This document shows positions 60,411-64,000 of a DNA stretch of 64,000 bases, piece by piece; position 1 is the first letter of the stretch; every line of letters begins with the position of its first letter. The DNA lies in contig JAAOZP010000011.1 of NCBI GenBank assembly GCA_011605725.1, positions 96,001 to 160,000 of the forward strand, written 5' to 3'. A model generated the notes under the pieces. It worked only from the letters and a program-made list of their open reading frames with translations, was not told the DNA's origin and made no database searches. Origin of the DNA: Nitrososphaerota archaeon. Lineage in GTDB: Archaea; Thermoproteota; EX4484-205; JAAOZP01. The translations under genes were made by a program, and so were the position numbers.

Positions 60411-61258
60411 AGGATTTTTTAGTCGAAGCAAGGATTCTAGACTGGTATAAGAATCTACTTATACTCGTTGCACCATTCTTCGGCGGAAAGCTTCTGTACC
60501 CAGTCTATTATCCTAGCCTTTTATTGGGGTTTCTAGCCCTTTCAGCCACCTCCAGTGCCTGCTACGTGATTAATGATATTAAAGATGCCGCTCGGGATGC
60601 GTACCACCCTAGGAAAAAACATAGGCCTGTGGCTAGTGGGAAAATGAGTAGGGCTTCGGCGTTAATCTTCTCGATAACCCTACTGGGGTTTTCCCTCTTC
60701 ACCTCATACTGGGTAAGCATCATCTTTCTAGTACTGTGCATCTCCTTATTCCTAAACTCGATCATTTACACTTTTTTCCTAAGGGATGTAGCATGGTTAG
60801 ACTTACTTAGCATATCTCTTAATTATATCATTAGGTCACTAGCAGGAGCAGAAATAGTTAACGTCTATGTTTCGCCATGGCTGTTGATCAGCGTCTTCTA
60901 TACTTCAATGCTCCTTGCATTATCGAAAAGAAGAGAGGAATTAACCGCTTTGAATGAGGCTGAACATTATAGGAAGTCTTTCAAGCACTATGACGTGACT
61001 CTTATAGATCAAGCGATCACCGTCTTCTCAACCCTAATAATAATCTCTTATTCTCTCTATACTTTTCACTCGCCTTATGCAGATGGTCCTTTGCCTTTTA
61101 CGATTCCGATAATAACGCTAATAGTATTGCAGTTCATTTCTGTTTCGAAAAAAACCGGGGAAGCCGGAATAATAAGAAGACTCCTGTCCAGCAGGACCAT
61201 CGTTACAAGCCTCCTTATTTGGCTTGTAATAATGTTTTACCTAATATATTTAACATGA
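60398..61258 (+). CDS. UbiA-family polyprenyl-phosphate phosphoribosyltransferase (DPPR synthase-like)
   Basis: WYKNLL, YVINDIKD..D..HP.KK.RPVASG, KRREEL. Confidence 0.85.
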   Translation: MAKVKDFLVEARILDWYKNLLILVAPFFGGKLLYPVYYPSLLLGFLALSATSSACYVINDIKDAARDAYHPRKKHRPVASGKMSRASALIFSITLLGFSLFTSYWVSIIFLVLCISLFLNSIIYTFFLRDVAWLDLLSISLNYIIRSLAGAEIVNVYVSPWLLISVFYTSMLLALSKRREELTALNEAEHYRKSFKHYDVTLIDQAITVFSTLIIISYSLYTFHSPYADGPLPFTIPIITLIVLQFISVSKKTGEAGIIRRLLSSRTIVTSLLIWLVIMFYLIYLT

Positions 61259-61334
61259 GTCCTTCTAAATAATTGCCTGAAGCAAGATTTTAGAGAGTGA
61301 AGATTTATTAGTGGAGCGGGAGGAGTTTATCAGC

Positions 61335-62465
61335 ATGGTCTACCTTTATGAACAAGATTTGACGAGACACGATATTCTTAAACGAGTTGGCAGCATGGAG
61401 CAGATTGCCGGGGTGAAAATAGCAGAATTCTCCAATGGCTTTGAACGCGGTGTCAAAGCCGCAATAGTAAGAAATGGAGAACTAGGTTTTCTAGTGGCAA
61501 TAGACCGGGCTATGGATATAGTGAATGCAGAGTATAAAGGAGTACCGTTAAGCTGGATTAGCCCTACCGGGATAGTTGCACCCGGTTTCTATGAGCCAGA
61601 AGGACTCGGATGGCTTCGTGGCTTTCCAGGAGGACTAGTCACCACATGTGGTTTAACGTACATGGGAGCACCTACCTTTGACAACGGGGAGAGTCTTGGG
61701 CTACATGGACGCATATCCTATTCACCAGCCAATTTACTGCATGCAGACGCCTATTGGGATGGAGAAAATTACAGAATACTTTTGGAAGGCGAAATTAAAG
61801 AATCTAAAGTTTTTGAGCCCAATATCACGCTTAGGAGACGAATATCGACAACTCTTGGGGAAAGACGCATAGTGATACGTGATGTTGTAACAAACTGTGG
61901 ATGGAGGGCACAGCCCCTGATGATACTATATCACATCAACATAGGTTTCCCACTACTGGATAAGAATGCTAGATTCCTGTCGACGACCGGTTGCTTTACT
62001 CCGAGAGATCAGGAAGCCATGGAAGACGCGGAAGATTTTGCAAGCATTCATGAGCCAAGACCAGGTTATAGAGAAAAAGTATATTTTCACGACATGCTTG
62101 TTGACGATGATGGAAACGCTTATGCTGCGATAGTAAATGATAAGCTTCTCGGAGGTCTAGGGGTATACGTGAAATACAGCAAGCATGAGCTGCCCAGGTT
62201 CGTACAGTGGAAAATGCTCGGCGAGGGAACATACGTTATGGGAATGGAGCCTGCGAATAGCCTTGTAATGGGAAGGGGCAAGGAACGGGAATGGGGAACA
62301 TTACAATATATTATGCCTTGGGAAACAAAAGAATTCCATATTGAAATAGGTGTTCTTTCAAGCAATGAGATAACTGCGTTCGAAGAGAAAATAAGTAGAA
62401 TAGTGGGAGCTAAAAAACCCCGCATGTTTGAAAATGTTGAGGAATTCGTTAAAAATTTAAGATAA
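61335..62465 (+). CDS. Aldose 1-epimerase family protein (DUF4432)
   Basis: DRAMDI, GWLRGF.GGL.TTCG, LHGRIS, ILYHINIG, GMEP. Confidence 0.85.
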   Translation: MVYLYEQDLTRHDILKRVGSMEQIAGVKIAEFSNGFERGVKAAIVRNGELGFLVAIDRAMDIVNAEYKGVPLSWISPTGIVAPGFYEPEGLGWLRGFPGGLVTTCGLTYMGAPTFDNGESLGLHGRISYSPANLLHADAYWDGENYRILLEGEIKESKVFEPNITLRRRISTTLGERRIVIRDVVTNCGWRAQPLMILYHINIGFPLLDKNARFLSTTGCFTPRDQEAMEDAEDFASIHEPRPGYREKVYFHDMLVDDDGNAYAAIVNDKLLGGLGVYVKYSKHELPRFVQWKMLGEGTYVMGMEPANSLVMGRGKEREWGTLQYIMPWETKEFHIEIGVLSSNEITAFEEKISRIVGAKKPRMFENVEEFVKNLR

Positions 62466-62515
62466 CGGTACTTATTTAAAGTTTATAAGCTTCTAGGAAC
62501 TCTTAGGAGAATTGA

Positions 62516-63505
62516 ATGAATGAAATAAATGTTGCAATAATTGGTTGCGGAGGAATTGCATCAGTTCATGCGGAAAGATTAATTAAAATAGAAGGTGTTC
62601 GACTAAAAGCGTTCGTCGACATCGACGAGAAAAGAGCAAAATCTTTTTCGGAAAAATTCGGAGGCCATTACTATAACAGCATAGACCAGCTAGTTAAAAA
62701 CGAGCATATAGATGCACTGTTCATAACGACACCTCCTTTTGCAAGAGGTGATGAAGTGAAAGCCATAGAAAAGGGCATAGCAGTATTCTTTGAAAAACCA
62801 GTTGCTCTCAACATGCGCAAAGCCGAGGAAATCCTGGACTCTATAAGAAGGTATTCAGTCATAAACAGCGTGGGATACATGTGGCGATACCTGGATATTT
62901 CCTCCGTTGCCAAGGAAGAGGTTGTGAAGAACAGTCCCACTGCCATGGTTCTTGGTCAATACATAGATCCTTTCTGGTTTCCCCCTAAACACTGGTGGCT
63001 CTATAAGGATAAGGGGGGTGGACAGGTAGTGGAGCAAGCAACCCATGTCTTTGATTTAGCAAGGTATCTTGAGGGCGAGGTTTCCCGCGTATATGCGGAG
63101 ATAGACAACAGAATAGCTGGGAAATTTATATATTCTGACATGACGGCTGAAGATAGTTCGATTGTAAGCCTAAGGTTTAAGACGGGCGCTGTGGGAGTTA
63201 TAGTTAGCTCATGCGTCAGCCAAAATACTTTCACAGGGACTCTTCTCAGGTTAATAACTAGAAACATTGTTGTCGAGCATCTTGGTCATTCGAAAATCCT
63301 GAGGATTTATGAAAAGAACAGGATTCAGGAATTCAGGTCCCCTGTAGACCCATATTTCGAAGAGGATAAAGTATTCATAGAGGCCGTAAAAACAGGAGAT
63401 ACGAGTAAAATCAAGTCAAGCTTTGAAGACGCGGTAAAGACTTTGAAAATAACTCTGGCTGCTAACGAGTCTGCAAAAACAGGGAAAGCAATAAGCCTAG
63501 AGTAG
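62516..63505 (+). CDS. Gfo/Idh/MocA oxidoreductase
   Basis: IGCGGIA, EKPVA, VGYMWRY, GGG..EQATH..D. Confidence 0.92.
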   Translation: MNEINVAIIGCGGIASVHAERLIKIEGVRLKAFVDIDEKRAKSFSEKFGGHYYNSIDQLVKNEHIDALFITTPPFARGDEVKAIEKGIAVFFEKPVALNMRKAEEILDSIRRYSVINSVGYMWRYLDISSVAKEEVVKNSPTAMVLGQYIDPFWFPPKHWWLYKDKGGGQVVEQATHVFDLARYLEGEVSRVYAEIDNRIAGKFIYSDMTAEDSSIVSLRFKTGAVGVIVSSCVSQNTFTGTLLRLITRNIVVEHLGHSKILRIYEKNRIQEFRSPVDPYFEEDKVFIEAVKTGDTSKIKSSFEDAVKTLKITLAANESAKTGKAISLE

Positions 63506-63640
63506 AGCTAAAAGGCAAGCACCCTTATTTTCGCTCATGCGTCCGGTAGGTGGACATGTTTAACCGGTGGCTTGAAGATGTGAGAATAGACCGCTTAGAC
63601 AATAAAACATATAGAATAGTGATTCCTAACGTTTATTGGA

Positions 63641-64000
63641 TTGGCTACTGAGGAAAACGATCTGGCCAGCGAATCTCTAAGACTTCTTTCTCAACCGATT
63701 AGGGCAGTGATGAAACAAATCGGGATTGAAAAATTATTGGAGACTCAAGAAAAAGCCATTCCTCCTATAATGATGGGGAAGAATGTTCTCCTAATAGCTC
63801 CGACGGGAAGCGGGAAGACTGAAGCTGCACTTCTACCTGTTCTGTCTAAGCTTACCGCTATTGAGGATAGAAGGGGGATTTCGCTTCTCTACATTACTCC
63901 ATTGAGGGCGTTGAACAGAGATATGATGAAGAGGATCATGAAACTATGCGTCTCCCTAGGATTATCGGTGGATGTTAGACATGGAGATACTTCATCCTCC
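63641..64000 (+). CDS. lhr: Lhr-like SF2 helicase, 5' part only
   Basis: Manual translation, not in the ORF track: [42 protein letters not shown]; runs off the window. Confidence 0.88.
   Translation, partial: MATEENDLASESLRLLSQPIRAVMKQIGIEKLLETQEKAIPPIMMGKNVLLIAPTGSGKTEAALLPVLSKLTAIEDRRGISLLYITPLRALNRDMMKRIMKLCVSLGLSVDVRHGDTSSS

Overview
Gene-dense archaeal chromosomal segment. TATA/BRE promoters, archaemetzincin, TrmB, Lrp/AsnC, HEPN-MNT and an archaeal Lhr suggest an anaerobic TACK-type heterotroph such as Brockarchaeota or Bathyarchaeia (inference only). I saw no rRNA, tRNA, CRISPR array or transposase. Main blocks: (1) vapBC, SDR epimerase, a surface protein, mscL, PHP and amidohydrolase genes; (2) a six-gene operon with an alkyl-DHAP-synthase-like flavoprotein, a CCG Fe-S protein, a BON-GlpA three-gene G3P dehydrogenase set and a GK5-like kinase (candidate ether-lipid/alkylglycerol pathway); (3) a 2005-aa repeat surface protein followed by an Lrp regulator, a gingipain-like C25 peptidase and a transglutaminase-like protein; (4) a nitrogen hub, with gdhA divergent from a split glutamate synthase (two FMN subunits, one degenerate) co-encoded with EtfBA and guaA, and paired operators in the shared promoter; (5) a glycan/polyprenyl-phosphate block centred on a 1791-aa fusion of an apparently dead GH2 domain, an FtsX/MacB permease and a CARF-like tail, flanked by uppP, a GT-C-type protein and a DPPR-synthase-like UbiA. 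Also seen: an apparently circularly permuted MscL, a frameshifted PHP hydrolase and a decayed vapC copy. All family calls come from motif recognition by eye; no database search was run.
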